A DNA stretch of 39,667 bases from Candidatus Thalassarchaeaceae archaeon (lineage in GTDB: Archaea; Thermoplasmatota; Poseidoniia; Poseidoniales; Thalassarchaeaceae). A program made the position numbers and the translations under genes. The notes below the pieces were generated by a model. That model was given only the letters and a program-made list of their open reading frames with translations, did not search any database and was not told the origin of the DNA. The stretch spans positions 1 through 39,667 of the forward strand of contig CAVOCV010000002.1 in assembly GCA_963694325.1 (NCBI GenBank). The letters are read 5' to 3'. This document shows positions 38,308-39,667 of this stretch, piece after piece. How positions within the stretch are numbered: the stretch's first letter is position 1; each line of letters starts with the position of its first letter.

Positions 38308-39667
38308 GTGAAACAAATTGTGCCTATTGTGCTCACGGCGTTGATGATGACCAGCTTGTTTGTTGGAATCAATTTCGCTGAAGAGCTGGAGGATACGAAC
38401 GACAAGGACACCGGCGGACGCGCAGCATACGAGTTGCGTCTCCACGACGTCCTGGAACCACGCGAAACATTCGTGGACCAGGCCGGGAACACGCGAAACG
38501 GAATTGACGTCGGTGACGTCGTGTATTTCCGTCCGATCGTGCTCAACGACGGTGACAACGACCAGGATGAGTTCAACATCCTCGTGACGGTGACGCCAGC
38601 GGCGGACTCGACCATGCTGTTGATCGACACCACCGACGATGCGGTGTGTTCTGGTGGAACAGCTGTGGGCTGCAGTTTCAGCTCGCTCGCTGCCGGCGAT
38701 TTCCTCGGCGGCGGCAATTACCGCGTGCAGGCGGAGAGTGGCGGCGATCTGTCGTGGACTCCGGCCCTGCCCGGTGCATACACCGTGACCGTCAGCGTCC
38801 AATTGTTGGACAGCGCTCACGACAGTGACCTGACGAACAACGACATTTCCTACGACGTCGTCGTGCAGCACTACACCGACATCCAGGTCAGCCTCTGCTG
38901 GACCGATGGACCCGGTGGCGACTGCTCGGCAACTCAAGGCGCCAAGAACGGTGCCGGACCGCACAACTTCGCGCTCAACGCGAACGTCAGTGGATCGCAG
39001 ACTTGGAGCGCCCGTGAGACGACGATTGATGTCAACTTCGATGGTGCCTTCGACCCGACCCAGACCTCGCTCGATGCGGATGGTGACGGTGGTCAGGATG
39101 CTCAGGCGTCCAGTTACTCAGTCGTTCTCGGCTCGGATTCACCGACCTTGGTCGACGTGTTCCACAACCTCTCGGACGCGGAGCAGACGTCCGCCCATCT
39201 GGACAACCCCTGCCCGAACAATGCGAACCCCTGCAACCAGACACGCAACGTGGCTGTGTATGGCAACGTCTACACCTTCCATGGTGTTGTGACGGGCGAC
39301 TCCAGCTCTTCTGGCGGCGTCGCAGGATTCTCGATCTCGGCCGGTCTGACCTCCTTCGAATCTTACGAAGCGCACCAAGAGACGTATTCGGACCCCGCCG
39401 ACCCGGGCAACGAGACAACCTCGCTCATCATGACTGAAATCTCGATGGACTACGACGACCGCACTGGCAACAATGCGGATTCGCTCGCGGGTTACTTCAC
39501 CGTCTTCCACGATGTCGCCATCACCTCTCTCACGGGTGGCGAGAACGCGGCGACTGAAGGCACCTTGAACGTCGGGCCGACGCGCCTGACCGCACAGGTC
39601 GCCCCGATGGGCAGTGACGTTACGAATTCTTACGATTGGTCCGTCACCTTCTCCGTCAAGGATGAAG
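38308..39667 (+). CDS. Secreted surface protein, N-terminal fragment (runs off the 3' end of the window); CARDB-like repeats
   Basis: By manual translation, frame 1 is open from 38203 to 39667. A GTG start with GGAGG 8 nt upstream gives the signal peptide MKQIVPIVLTALMMTSLFVGINFA. Motifs such as DLTNNDISYDVVV are present. It is absent from the ORF track because no stop occurs in the window. The 250-aa minus-strand ORF 38212-38964 is its antisense shadow. Confidence 0.75.
   Translation, partial: MKQIVPIVLTALMMTSLFVGINFAEELEDTNDKDTGGRAAYELRLHDVLEPRETFVDQAGNTRNGIDVGDVVYFRPIVLNDGDNDQDEFNILVTVTPAADSTMLLIDTTDDAVCSGGTAVGCSFSSLAAGDFLGGGNYRVQAESGGDLSWTPALPGAYTVTVSVQLLDSAHDSDLTNNDISYDVVVQHYTDIQVSLCWTDGPGGDCSATQGAKNGAGPHNFALNANVSGSQTWSARETTIDVNFDGAFDPTQTSLDADGDGGQDAQASSYSVVLGSDSPTLVDVFHNLSDAEQTSAHLDNPCPNNANPCNQTRNVAVYGNVYTFHGVVTGDSSSSGGVAGFSISAGLTSFESYEAHQETYSDPADPGNETTSLIMTEISMDYDDRTGNNADSLAGYFTVFHDVAITSLTGGENAATEGTLNVGPTRLTAQVAPMGSDVTNSYDWSVTFSVKDE

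Noticed and set aside
38212-38964. 250-aa minus-strand ORF at the right end of the window
   Set aside because: The opposite strand carries a stop-free frame with a TATA box, GGAGG, a signal peptide and surface-protein motifs. The minus ORF has no start context and a shadow-like composition.

Overview
High-GC (~58-60%), tightly packed archaeal chromosome segment. Archaeal markers are membrane-inserted LonB, Nob1, UPF0147, a FlaK/PibD-type A24 peptidase, a SAMP/MoaD-like Gly-Gly protein, TATA boxes about 31 nt upstream of ATGs, and gyrBA. By inference it comes from a Thermoplasmatota / Marine Group II (Poseidoniales)-like organism. Housekeeping genes (trmI, lonB, gyrB, gyrA, aroD, tmk-like, nob1, tatA, tRNA-Ser, tRNA-Glu) are interleaved with five very large secreted or membrane-anchored surface proteins and a MacB/FtsX-type ABC transporter whose permease is 1528 aa. 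The most unusual signal is non-coding. Both tRNA genes are followed by direct repeats that each end in a copy of that tRNA's own 3' end. A ~100-nt sequence, including a 37-nt core that differs only by two 2-nt indels, is shared between the tRNA-Ser and tRNA-Glu loci. This looks like a small tRNA-3'-end-associated integrative or repeat element, or its scars. A second candidate module is a minus-strand operon encoding a pilin-like lamin-tail-domain protein, one intact KaiC-like ATPase and two Walker-A-dead KaiC paralogues. It sits convergent to the A24 prepilin peptidase, with no PilB/PilC-type genes in view. A long + strand ORF (38308 to the window end) is missing from the supplied ORF track because it has no stop in the window. 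No CRISPR array, rRNA, transposase or integrase gene was seen.
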